From positions 186,001-250,000 of the forward strand of contig NIVC01000509.1 of assembly GCA_002269645.1 (NCBI GenBank): a stretch of DNA of 64,000 nt. Direction: 5' to 3'. Each line of letters starts with the position of its first letter. Positions within the stretch are counted from its first letter, which is position 1. The position numbers were made by a program, and so were the translations under genes. Positions 45,701 through 57,313 of this stretch are shown piece by piece. The stretch comes from Macrostomum lignano. Taxonomy: Eukaryota. Under the pieces are notes generated by a model. The model saw only the letters and a program-made list of their open reading frames with translations, was not told the origin of the DNA and searched no databases.

Positions 45701-45957
45701 TATGAGTGCAGTAATCCTTGGTTTATTAATAGCAATAATCCTTGGCTTATCGAGTGCAGTAATTCATGGTTTATTAATAGCAATAATCCTTGGCTTATCG
45801 AGTGCAGTAATCCTTGGTTTATTAATAGCAATAATCCATGGCTTATCGAGTGCAGTAATCCTTGGTTTGCCAAGAGCAATAATCCTTGGCTTATCGAGTG
45901 CAGTATTCCTTGGTTTGCCAAGAGCAATAATCCTTAGCTTATCGAGTGCAGTAATCT
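42730..45957. repeat. 24-bp-monomer satellite with higher-order structure, preceded by a short AGCAAGCATC array
   Basis: Alternating AATCCTTGGCTTATCGAGTGCAGT, AATCCTTGGTTTATTAATAGCAAT and AATCCTTGGTTTGCCAAGAGCAAT monomers from about 42975. Confidence 0.97.
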
Positions 45958-46030
45958 AAGTGTTTTTATTTAGTCCTTTAATAAAAGCTTTTAATAAAAA
46001 ATTTTACACTACTACTTTTAAACTACTTAG

Positions 46031-46090
46031 ATTCGAACCCAGGTCGCTGCATTAGCAGTCTGGTCTGCTCAGCTCTAGGCTAGCTCTCAT
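46031..46090 (-). mobile_element. tRNA-Ser(GCT)-like SINE head; a diverged second copy lies at 42633-42693
   Basis: Minus strand TAGCCTAGAGCTGAG (A-box-like), GACTGCTAAT (Ser GCT anticodon loop) and GGGTTCGAATC (B-box). It lacks a pairing acceptor stem, so it is not a functional tRNA. Confidence 0.5.
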
Positions 46091-47194
46091 CAAAGTTATC
46101 AGTGAATTTGTACCACTTATATAATTAATTCAACACTCACACCAAGTCAGGTAGAGTAAAAAGTCACGCGAAGCAGTTATTATGACATAATCAATTTCTT
46201 AGGCAAGTCAGTACCAGTGTCTATGAAAGTTAACAATATGGTTACGTAATATAAATTCAGTACTGCACTATACTTTCACCCTCAAAGCTGTGACGCAATT
46301 CAATTGAGTGTCAAATTCAGCCAGTACACAGACGATAAATAAAGTGTATTGTGATGCAATCTATTTCAGAATCAGAATTCAACCAGTCAGTTTTTCTGCT
46401 AGCATTCTTACGATGCATTTCAGGTCGAAAGAGCTGCTTGACCTTTGCAAAAAATCATGTTTTTCGAATATTTAATCCCTTTAACATTGAGCAATTTCTT
46501 AGCCAATATGCATGTACCGTCCCGGGAAAATTTCTGATCGAATGGTGCAAGTTTGAAGAAAATCGGTTGAGCCGTTCGGGAGAAAATCAATTACAAGCAA
46601 GCAACCAAGCATTTCATTTTTAGTATATTAGAAAACCATCGAATTTCCACCTTTCAATAAACAATTTTAATGTTTTTCTCCATTCTCAGCAACAAGTTCA
46701 GTCAATAGTGTTTGGCCGGGGCAGAACTGCTGCGTCAGTTCTGTAAGAAGCGCAACGAAAGAGCTTGTACCCCCCCCCCCCCCGACATCGGGCCATTGCT
46801 CGCCAACCCCCAACCCAAGAGAAGCTGAGAAGTTTTAAAGCATGCAGCTATTGCGTGCTGCGAGCAGAAATCTATATTTAGAAACAATTTAGAAGCTTTG
46901 ATGCCCAGAGACTTTCTCAGAAACCAATTTATGCTTCTGTGGCTGCTGTGAGTATAATAGTTTTAGTCAGTTGTTTTCTGCGCAAGACTTGTAACAAAAA
47001 ATTAGGTGCGCCGGGGCTTGAAAATGGCTTCTTACCTATCAATGCAGTACTTTTACAAGCCAACTTTCATACTGCCCAAGTTCTACAGTATACGAAGTTT
47101 GAGGATTGTGAATTCGGGTTTGATAGGGAGTTGTTAAAGTTGGAAGCCTAGCTACCCGTCTACCTAATCTACTTCCCAACCTAACAACCTACCC

Positions 47195-47755
47195 ATCAGC
47201 CTACCTCACCTAACCTAACTACCTACTAACCTACCTACCTACCTACCTACTTACTTACCTACCCACCTACCTACCTACCTACCTACTTACTTACCTACCC
47301 ACCTACCTACCTACCTACCTACCTACCTACCTACTTACCTACCCACCTATCTACCTACCTACCTATCTACCTACCTACCTACCTACCTACCAACCTACCT
47401 ACCTACCTGCCCTATCTACCCAACCTACTTATCTACCTACCTACCTACCTACCTACCCACCCACCCACCTACCTACCTACCTACCAACCTACCTACCTAC
47501 CCGCCTACTTATCTACCTACCAACCTACCTACCTACCTACGTGCCCTATCTACCCAACCTACTTATCTACCTACCTACCTACCAACCTACCCACCTACCC
47601 ACCCACCTACCCACCTACCTACCTACCTACCAACCTACCTACCTACCTACCTACCTACCCACCTACCTATCTACCTACCAACCTAACCTACCTACCTACC
47701 TACCTACCTACCTACCTGCCCTATCTATCCAACCTACTTATCTACCTAGCTACCT
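47195..47755. repeat. (CCTA)n microsatellite
   Basis: Read directly. Confidence 0.95.
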
Positions 47756-48289
47756 ATATACCTTACCAAATTTAATAACCAACCATACCATCCCTAAATC
47801 CCCCCTTTTCTTTGTCTTTCCTTTGCCATTGACTGTAGGGCAAAAACTGATAGAAAACTCATTGCCGCTGCTGAAAAGTGTCAGGAGAAGGTCTGTAGAA
47901 TATATGCGAAACTTCCCCCATACACACAGTAAGCTTCCAGCAAGAACTGGGCATTGCTGAAGAGATGGAGAGAGGGAGAGTTCCGGCGGGTCACAGCGGG
48001 GGAGGGGCGAGGTGTTCACCCTCGCAGAAGAGTGGCGGTAGGCCTTTGGTATAGTATTCTGCATGCAGGCCTCTGCGCGTCCATCAAACCCTCGTGGTGT
48101 GCGTACAAAATCTGAACCATTCCCGTGGCGAATCGATCGATCGAGAGGCCCACCCTGACCGCAACCCCCCACCCCAGTCCGCTGGGCTAGAGGGGACTGG
48201 GAGGAAGGAGGGGCAAGGGCCGGTCAAGGCGATCTCGGGTCGGGACAAAAAATCTGGATTGACAACTAAAGCATTCCTGGAGATTTGTT

Positions 48290-49068
48290 TAGCGCCAATC
48301 TATCGCAGTCAGACTAGATTTTAGCGCCAATCTAGCACCGTCAGACTAGATTTTAGCGCCAATCTATCGCAGTCAGACTAGATTTTAGCGCCAATCTATC
48401 GCTGTCAGACTAGATTTTAGCGCCAATCTATCGCTGTCAGACTAGATTTTAGCGCCAATCTAGCACCGTCAGACTAGATTTTAGCGCCAATCTATCGCAG
48501 TCAGACTAGATTTTAGCGCCAATCTATCGCTGTCAGACTAGATTTTAGCGCCAATCTAGCACCGTCAGACTAGATTTTAGCGCCAATCTAGCACCGTCAG
48601 ACTAGATTTTAGCGCCAATCTATCGCAGTCAGACTAGATTTTAGCGCCAATCTATCGCAGTCAGACTAGATTTTAGCGCCAATCTAGCACCGTCAGACTA
48701 GATTTTAGCGCCAATCTAGCACCGTCAGACTAGATTTTAGCGCCAATCTAGCACCGTCAGACTAGATTTTAGCGCCAATCTAGCACCGTCAGACTAGATT
48801 TTAGCGCCAATCTATCGCAGTCAGACTAGATTTTAGCGCCAATCTATCGCTGTCAGACTAGATTTTAGCGCCAATCTATCGCTGTCAGACTAGATTTTAG
48901 CGCCAATCTATCGCTGTCAGACTAGATTTTAGCGCCAATCTATCGCTGTCAGACTAGATTTTAGCGCCAATCTATCGCTGTCAGACTAGATTTTAGCGCC
49001 AATCTATCGCTGTCAGACTAGATTTTAGCGCCAATCTATCGCTGTCAGACTAGATTTTAGCGCCAATT
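48290..49068. repeat. 32-bp minisatellite (TTTTAGCGCCAATCTATCGCAGTCAGACTAGA)n
   Basis: About 24 units in three variants. Confidence 0.97.
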
Positions 49069-49500
49069 GAAAGTAGGAAAGTTCGGGAGAAGTTCATAGC
49101 ACTCCAGAAATCTCCTTCAAGATCTCCTTGTTGCAAGGCGGTCGACCATTTTCTCTGTGTTGGTTAGCGCTTACGCAGGGAAATTTCTTCTTTCTTATCC
49201 TAAATGTGTTCGAGCGAACGAACGCATTATAAAGGCCTGAGACTTCTTTCTTACCCCCCTCCGTGGAACGATCGTGAGCCAGCCTCCCCATCAGAAAGTT
49301 AGAAAACCCCTTCTAAATCTTAGCCATCCAACTCACTGTCTGTCGGTAATACAATTCTTAAGTAACACAGAATCGCTAAAAAGACAGCTTAATGTGCGTT
49401 CATTTCTTCATAAAGACCCGATTTTTGTCACGATATACAATTGTACTTGAACAGTTGCTATTCATTGTGTTTTTCTTTCTCTTTTTAGATAAACGCTACG

Positions 49501-52500
49501 ATGTCAGTTGCCAGCTCTGCTGCTTTCATTTACGGACTGTGCACTCTGTGTAAGTTCTCCTGTACCACTCTGCTGACACATTAAAATTCACTCCTGACAT
49601 AAATTGCAATACCCCTTCTGACACAAAAATCCCAATGCGCTTCTGACACGAATCTCAATACCCCTTCTGACACGAATCGCAATACCCCTTCTGACAAGAA
49701 TATCTCAATACCCCTTCCGACACGAATCTCAATACCTTCTGACACGAATCTCAATACCCCTTCTGACACGAATCGCAATACCCCTTCTGACAAGAATATC
49801 TCAATACCCCTTCCGACACGAATCTCAATACCTTCTGACACGAATCGCAATACCCCTTCTGACAATAATATCTCAATACCCCTTCTGACACGAATGTCAA
49901 TACCCCTTCTGACAAGAATATCTCAATACTCCTTCTGACACGAATCGCAATACCCCTTCTGACAATAATATCTCAATACCCCTTCTGACACGAATGTCAA
50001 TACCCCTTCTGACAAGAATATCTCAATACTCCTTCTGACACGAATCTCAATACCATCTCTGACACGAATCTCAATACCATTTCTGACACGAATCTCAATA
50101 CCCCTTCTGACACAAATGTCAATACCCTTCAGACAAGAATCTCAATACCCCTTCTGACACGAATGTTAATACCTCTTCTGACAAGAATCTCAATACCCCT
50201 TCTGACACGAATATCAATACCCCTTCTGACAAGGATCTCAATACCCCTTCTGACACGAATGTCAATACCCCTTCTGACGCGAACCTCAATACCTTCTGAC
50301 ACGAATCTCAATACCCCTTCTGACACGAATCGCAATACCCCTTCTGACAAGAATATCTCAATACCCCTTCCGACACGAATCTCAATACCTTCTGACACGA
50401 ATCTCAATACCCCTTCTGACACGAATCTCAATATCTTCTGACACTAATCTCAATACCCCTTCTGACACGAATCTCAATACCCCTTTTGACACGAATCTCA
50501 ATACCATTTCTGACACGAATCTCAATACCCCTTCTGACACGAATCTCAATAACCCTTTTGACACGAATTGCATACCCCTTCTGACAAGAATCTCAATGCC
50601 CTTCTGATACGAATGTCAATACCCCTTCTGACACGAATCTCAATACCTTCTGACACGAATCTCAATACCCCTTCTGACACGAATCTCATTACCTTTTCTG
50701 ACGCGAATCTCAATACCCTTCTGACACGAATATTTCAATACCCCTTTCTGATACGAATCTCAATACTCCTTCTGGCACGAATCTCAATACCCCTTCTGAC
50801 ACAAATCTCAATGCCCCTTCAGACAAGGATCTCAATACCCCTTTTGACACGGATCTCAATACCCCTTTTGACACGAATTGCATACCCCTTCTGACAAGAA
50901 TCTCAATGCCCTTCTGATACGAATGTCAATACCCCTTCTGACGCGAATCTCAATACCTTCTGACACGAATCTCAATACCCCTTCTGACACGAATCTCAAT
51001 ACCTTCTGACACGAATCTCAATACCCCTTCTGACACGAATCTTAATATCCCTTCTGACACGAATCTCAATACCCCTTCTGACACGAATCTCAATACCTTT
51101 TCTGACACGAATCTCAATACCCCTTCTGACACGAATCTCAATACCCCTTTTGACACGAATCTTAATACCCCTTTTGACACGAATCTCAATACCCCTTTTG
51201 ACACGAATCTCAATACCCCTTTTGACACGAATCTCAATACCCCTTTTGACACGAATCTCAATACCCCTGATGATGTCAGTCGATAAACGGCTATTATCTT
51301 ATCTTTATATGACTTACGTTTTTTTTCTGGCTGTGAAGTGAAGATGCCAAACAGAGCAATGCATATCTGAAGCCCCACCTCGCCCTGACAGGCCTGTTCT
51401 CAAGCATCTGCCAGCTCGCCGCAGGCGAAGTGGAATGCTACGTGTGTCCTGAGGACAAGCTGTCGAGGTGCGCACCAACCGGCACGACAGCCAGTTTCAC
51501 TGAGAAGGTTGAGTACATTTTAAAGAACTGGTGAGTAGGAACAACTATGAAAGGTTTGTCACCTAATAAAGAAACGGAACAAATAATTTATTATTAACAA
51601 TCTGTGACAGCACTTACGGCTGCGGCAAATTGGTCTCGGTGAACCCGAAGCCGCCAACCAAGGGCGACTATGTTGGACTTCGCAGTGAGTGAATAAAAAA
51701 TTGTAGATGACGAGTATAAGGGGTATCCCGAAAATTCCTCTAAGACAAGATTCTCCCGTCCAGATTCTAGCACCGCCAAGATTCTCCCGCCAAGACTCTC
51801 CCGTCCAGATTCTCCCGTCCAGATTCTCCCGTCCAGATTCTCCCGTCCAGATTCTAGCACCGCCAAGATTCTCCCGCCAAGACTCTCCCGTCAAGATTCT
51901 CCCGTCCAGATTCTCCCGTCCAGATTCTCCCTTCCAGATTCTCCCTTCCAGATTCTCCCGTCCAGATTCTCCCGCCCAGATTCTCCCTCCAAGATTCTCC
52001 CTCCAAGATTCTCCCGTCCAGATTCTCCCTCCAAGATTCTCCCGTCCAGATTCTCCCTCCAAGATTCTCCCGTCCAGATTCTCCCTCCAAGATTCTCCCA
52101 ACAAGATTCTCCCGACAAGATTCTCCCGACAAGATTCTCCCGTCCAGATTCTCCCGTCCAGATTCTCCCGTCCAGATTCTCCCGTCCAGATTCTCCCTCC
52201 AAGATTCTCCCTCCAAGATTCTCCCTCCAAGATTCTCCCTCCAAGATTCTCCCGTCCAGATTCTCCCGTCCAGATTCTCCCTCCAAGATTCTCCCTCCAA
52301 GATTCTCCCGTCCAGATTCTCCCGTCCAGATTCTCCCGTCCAGATTCTCCCGTCCAGATTCTCCCGTCCAGATTCTCCCTCCAAGATTCTCCCGTCCAGA
52401 TTCTCCCGTCCAGATTCTCCCGTCCAGATTCTCCCGTCCAGATTCTCCCGTTCAGATTCTCCCGCCCAGATTCTCCCTCCAAGATTCTCCCTCCAAGATT

Positions 52501-54614
52501 CTCCCGACAAGATTCTCCCGACAAGATTCTCCCGTCCAGATTCTCCCGTCCAGATTCTCCCGTCCAGATTCTCCCTCCAAGATTCTCCCAACAAGATTCT
52601 CCCGACAAGATTCTCCCGACAAGATTCTCCCGTCCAGATTCTCCCGTCCAGATTCTCCCTCCAAGATTCTCCCTCCAAGATTCTCCCGACAAGATTCTCC
52701 CGTCCAGATTCTCCCGTCCAGATTCTCCCTCCAAGATTCTCCCTCCAAGATTCTCCCGTCCAGATTCTCCCGTCCAGATTCTCCCGTCCAGATTCTCCCG
52801 TCCAGATTCTCCCGTCCAGATTCTCCCGTCCAGATTCTCCCGTCCAGATTCTCCCGTCCAGATTCTCCCGTCCAGATTCTCCCGTCCAGATTCTCCCGTC
52901 CAGATTCTCCCTCCAAGATTCTCCCGTCCAGATTCTCCCTACAAGATTCTCCCGTCCAGATTCTCCCGTCCAGATTCTCCCGTCCAGATTCTCCCGTCCA
53001 GATTCTCCCTCCAAGATTCTCCCTCCAAGATTCTCCCGTCCAGATTCTCCCGTCCAGATTCTCCCGTCCAGATTCTCCCGTCCAGATTCTCCCGTCCAGA
53101 TTCTCCCGTCCAGATTCTCCCGTCCAGATTCTCCCTCCAAGATTCTCCCTCCAAGATTCTCCCGTCCAGATTCTCCCGTCCAGATTCTCCCGTCCAGATT
53201 CTCCCGTCCAGATTCTCCCGTCCAGATTCTCCCGTCCAGATTCTCCCGTCCAGATTCTAGCACCGCCAAGATTCTCCCGCCAAGACTCTCCCGTCAAGAT
53301 TCTCCCGTCCAGATTCTCCCGTCCAGATTCTCCCGTCCAGATTCTCCCGTCCAGATTCTCCCGTCCAGATTCTCCCGCCCAGATTCTCCCGACAAGATTC
53401 TCCCAACAAGATTCTCCCGTCCAGATTCTCCCTCCAAGATTCTTCCGTCCAGATTCTCCCTCCAAGATTCTCCCGTCCAGATTCTCCCTCCAAGATTCTC
53501 CCAACAAGATTCTCCCGACAAGATTCTCCCGACAAGATTCTCCCGTCCAGATTCTCCCGTCCAGATTCTCCCTCCAAGATTCTCCCGTCCAGATTCTCCC
53601 TCCAAGATTCTCCCTCCAAGATTTTCCCGACAAGATTCTCCCGTCCAGATTCTCCCGTCCAGATTCTCCCTCCAAGATTCTCCCTCCAAGATTCTCCCGT
53701 CCAGATTCTCCCGTCCAGATTCTCCCGTCCAGATTCTCCCGTCCAGATTCTCCCGTCCAGATTCTCCCGTCCAGATTCTCCCTCCAAGATTCTCCCTCCA
53801 AGATTCTCCCGTCCAGATTCTCCCGTCCAGATTCTCCCGTCCAGATTCTCCCGTCTAGATTCTCCCGTCCAGATTCTCCCGTCCAGATTCTCCCTCCAAG
53901 ATTCTCCCTCCAAGATTCTCCCGTCCAGATTCTCCCGTCCAGATTCTCCCGTCCAGATTCTCCCGTCTAGATTCTCCCGTCCAGATTCTCCCGTCCAGAT
54001 TCTCCCGTCCAGATTCTCCCGTCCAGATTCTCCCGTCCAGATTCTCCCGTCCAGATTCTCCCGTCCAGATTCTCCCGTCCAGATTCTCCCGTCCAGATTC
54101 TCCCGTCCAGATTCTCCCGTCCAGATTCTCCCGTCCAGATTCTCCCGTCCAGATTCTCCCGTCCAGATTCTCCCGTCCAGATTCTCCCGTCCAGATTCTC
54201 CCGTCCAGATTCTCCCGTCCAGATTCTCCCGTCCAGATTCTCCCGACAAGGTTCTCCCGACAAGGTTCTCCCGTCAAGACTCTCCCGTCCAGATTCTCCC
54301 TCCAAGATTCTCCCGTCCAGATTCTCCCGCCCAGATTCTCCCGCCAAGATTTTCCCACCCAGATTCTCCCGCCCAGATCTCTAAAAAAACGTGCTCTTCC
54401 AGACACGGTGCGCGATCTCGAGTACAAGTACTGCGCATCCAAGCAGGGCTGGTCGGGCTGCTACAAGAGCGAGTCGGCCATCACGACCAGCATCGAGTGC
54501 GTGTGCACCGGGAATCGATGCAACGGAGCCCAGCGGCCTGGCAGTCAGCCATTCATGCTGGCCGCTCCAGCTTTGATGCTGTTGGCGGCTGTCAAGGCTC
54601 AGCTGTCCGCTTGA
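49501..54614 (+). CDS. Secreted, GPI-anchored Ly6/uPAR (three-finger, quiver/sleepless-like) protein, 157 aa. Exons 49501-49549, 51392-51530, 51611-51684, 54403-54614
   Basis: The spliced product has a signal peptide (MSVASSAAFIYGLCTLCLFSSICQLAAG), ECYVC at the start, 10 Cys in the mature domain, a CVCTGNRCN end and a hydrophobic C-terminal tail. Phases 1,2,1 all match. Confidence 0.88.
49600..51268. repeat. 22-26-bp minisatellite (CTGACACGAATCTCAATACCCCTT)n
   Basis: About 68 units filling Ly6 intron 1. Confidence 0.97.
51745..54378. repeat. 14-bp minisatellite (GATTCTCCCGTCCA)n
   Basis: About 185 units filling Ly6 intron 3. Confidence 0.98.
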
Positions 54615-55343
54615 GCTCAGGGTTGCTTCAATTACGCAATGTCCCGAACGACAGAGCTCAAGCCTGTAACTGCATGCTCTCTTCCTTTAGATTATCAAAT
54701 ACTCGTAAAGTAATCATCTTTTTCAATCGTTCGTGTAGCAAACAATAGCGATGTGCATTGGCATCGAAGCAGTGTTAACAGGCAGTGACAGTTAATTAAC
54801 TATTTAGGTAGTTCAAAGCGTTTTATTGTCTTCGTTTGCAGACTCAATACATAAATGTTACAAGCTCTTTGTACATCAAGCGTCTTTGTTTGTTAATCAT
54901 ATAAATGATCTTTGCAAATTAACACCATGCAGTTTGAAAAAGCAAAGTGCTCAGTTTTTGTCAAACAGCTCTTAGCAATGCAGTTTTGTTGTTGTCATTT
55001 ATATTAGATTTTTTAATATTTCGAATGAATTAATACATTTAAATCGAGATATACAGGTTTTTAGTAGCAAACATATTCGATTTCATTAGTAATTGTTTTC
55101 GTGGCATTATTCCTCCAATAGAAATCTTCCAATTTTTTTTTTTAATGCTAAAGGGTTATAAAAGTGAATAAACGGGGGGTCCGGGTATAAACTACGCTTT
55201 TGGGCATTGTCAAACGATTTCGCTTTTGTTTTTACCATAGAAGCAACGCAATGGGGCATTGCCGCACGCAAAACGGTGAGTTGCCGCACGCTTCTATGGT
55301 AAAAACAAAATCGTTAGCCAATGATGTCGAGTGCGCGGAGCGA

Positions 55344-55775
55344 ACGAGTGTCTATGGTCGTTGCTGCACTCGAAAGCAGTGCGTCATCTCGGACGAGTGT
55401 CTATGGTCGTTGCTGCACTCGAAAGCAGTGCGTCATCTCGGACGAGTGTCTATGGTCGTTGCTGCACTCGAAAGCAGTGCGTCATCTCGCACGAGTGTCT
55501 ATGGTCGTTGCTGCACTCGAAAGCAGTGCGTCATCTCGCACGAGTGTCTGTCGTTGCTGCACTCGAAAGCAGTGCGTCATCTCGCACGAGTGTCTATGGT
55601 CGTTGCTGCACTCGAAAGCAGTGCGTCATCTCGCACGAGTGTCTGTCGTTGCTGCACTCGAAAGCAGTGCGTCTTCTCGCACGAGTGTCTATGGTCGTTG
55701 CTGCACTCGAAAGCAGTGCGTCATCTCGCACGAGTGTCTATGGTCGTTGCTACACTCGAAAGCAGTGCGTCATCT
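55344..55775. repeat. 49/45-bp tandem repeat (GAGTGTCTATGGTCGTTGCTGCACTCGAAAGCAGTGCGTCATCTCGCAC)n
   Basis: About 9 units, each containing an internal inverted repeat. Confidence 0.95.
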
Positions 55776-55872
55776 CTACATTGCTGCACGGACAGACAAA
55801 CAATACAACTAGAGAGCACGTCTAGTTCGTGCAGCCACTCCAATTAGACACTCGTGCTAATACATGTACATG

Positions 55873-56408
55873 CAGGGGCGTCGCCATGGATTTTATGCGG
55901 GGGGGACAAAGCCAATAGTTATACATGTACATGTACATGACTAAATTCTTACATGTACAATATTTTTAGAATCGGTGTTGTCAGCACTCATTTTAGCGCC
56001 TCGGGCACTTATTTTAGCGCCTCGGGCACTCATTTTAGCGCCGCAGGCACTCATTTTAGCGCCGCAGGCACTCAATTTAGCACCGCAGGCACTCATTTTA
56101 GCGCCTCGGGGACTCATTTTAGCGCCGCAGGCACTCATTTAAGCGCCTCGGGCACTCATTTTAGCGCCGCAGGCACTCAATTTAGCGCCGCAGGCACTCA
56201 TTTTAGCGCCGCAGGCACTTATTTTAGCGCCGCAGGCACTTATTTTAGCGCCGCAGGCACTATGTTTAGTCGCCCTGCAGCATAATTATTGATTTCCATA
56301 GCGGTCACAAGGTGGGGTGGGGGGGGGAAAGCATTGGCATGTCCCCCCCAGATCTTTTACTGGGGGAGGGGCATGTCCCCCTTGTCCCCCCCGTTGGCCA
56401 CGCCCCTG
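55873..56408. mobile_element. hAT-type MITE carrying an internal 21-bp tandem array
   Basis: TIRs CAGGGGCGTCGCCA / TGGCCACGCCCCTG (1 mismatch). Perfect 8-bp TSD TGTACATG at 55865-55872 and 56409-56416. Confidence 0.88.
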
Positions 56409-57313
56409 TGTACATGCATGTATGTACGCTCGGATCGTAGCATTTCTGTATGCACTTCCAAGTCCTACTTTATAGTTCCGCATACAGATTCTATTTACTA
56501 TATTCTACTACCATATATATATATTCCATATTATATACTTGTGTATATTAGAATCTGCATGTGGCGCCGCATTTTAACACGCTTCGTGACCTGCATTTAG
56601 CGTCGCTTGCTGTGTAGTTGCCGCATTCAGTCTATGGTACTTATGGTACTGACTTGTGTTCAAGGATCCAACTGTGCGATTTCAGGCTTTCAAAGCTGTA
56701 AAATTTAAAAGCGATTTTCAGGCTGTCAATTAAGCTGCGCGCTTATTTATAATTCCTTAAATTATTCCGGCTTCTTATATTGGGGTCGGACTGTTTGTTT
56801 AACGCAATTCTGTATGTTATACTGCTATACAGTAGTCCTTGAGTCTACGGCACTCGTGCGCGACCGCGGCGGTAACCGTCTATAAACTTTATAATCAAAA
56901 CTGTAATAATATCAAAACGCCTAAAAGTTTTTAGCTTCGGCCCACACTTTCATAACGCCTTAGCCTCACCAGATTTAGGCACTTGTAATGAAAACCTTAT
57001 GTAATCTCGTAATTTTCGCAAGTTTCAATACCATCAGCGGTGGCAAAAGAAAAATTTAGGCGATGTGAAGTTTAAATCCTATGAAGTTTACTTGAATGTC
57101 ATGTCATGAAAAAATGAAAAGCCGAAGAATTGACTGAAGGTAGAGTAGAGAGCAATACGATAAGCTTTGAATGCTTTAAAAATACTGCATACTATGCATG
57201 AAAACTCTTCATTTTAAAAATTGACTAAGAAACCTTTTTTGCATGATTTTTGTTTTAGTAAGCTATTCGACGGAGCCTGTGAAATTTTTTAAATTTGATG
57301 AACATGATCGAGG

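Larger units (their letters stand above)
40099..46631 (+). mobile_element. Putative non-autonomous Helitron/HINE (DINE-1/Lep1-like) inflated by internal satellites
   Basis: 5' ACTAGCTAAAGTTTTGCCCCCCTTCGGGG (hairpin) and 3' CAAGTTTGAAGAAAATCGGTTGAGCCGTTCGGGAG...ACAAGCAAGCAACC...TTTTAGTATATTAG resemble, from memory, the two ends of Lep1/DINE-1-type elements. That both ends belong to one insertion is inferred. Confidence 0.4.

Noticed and set aside
55344-55775. Hammerhead ribozyme array (as in schistosome satellites)
   Set aside because: CGAAA is present but there is no CTGANGA core on either strand. The isolated CTGATGA hits elsewhere (about 51266, 60452, 63403, 63794) lack a stem II plus GAAAC.
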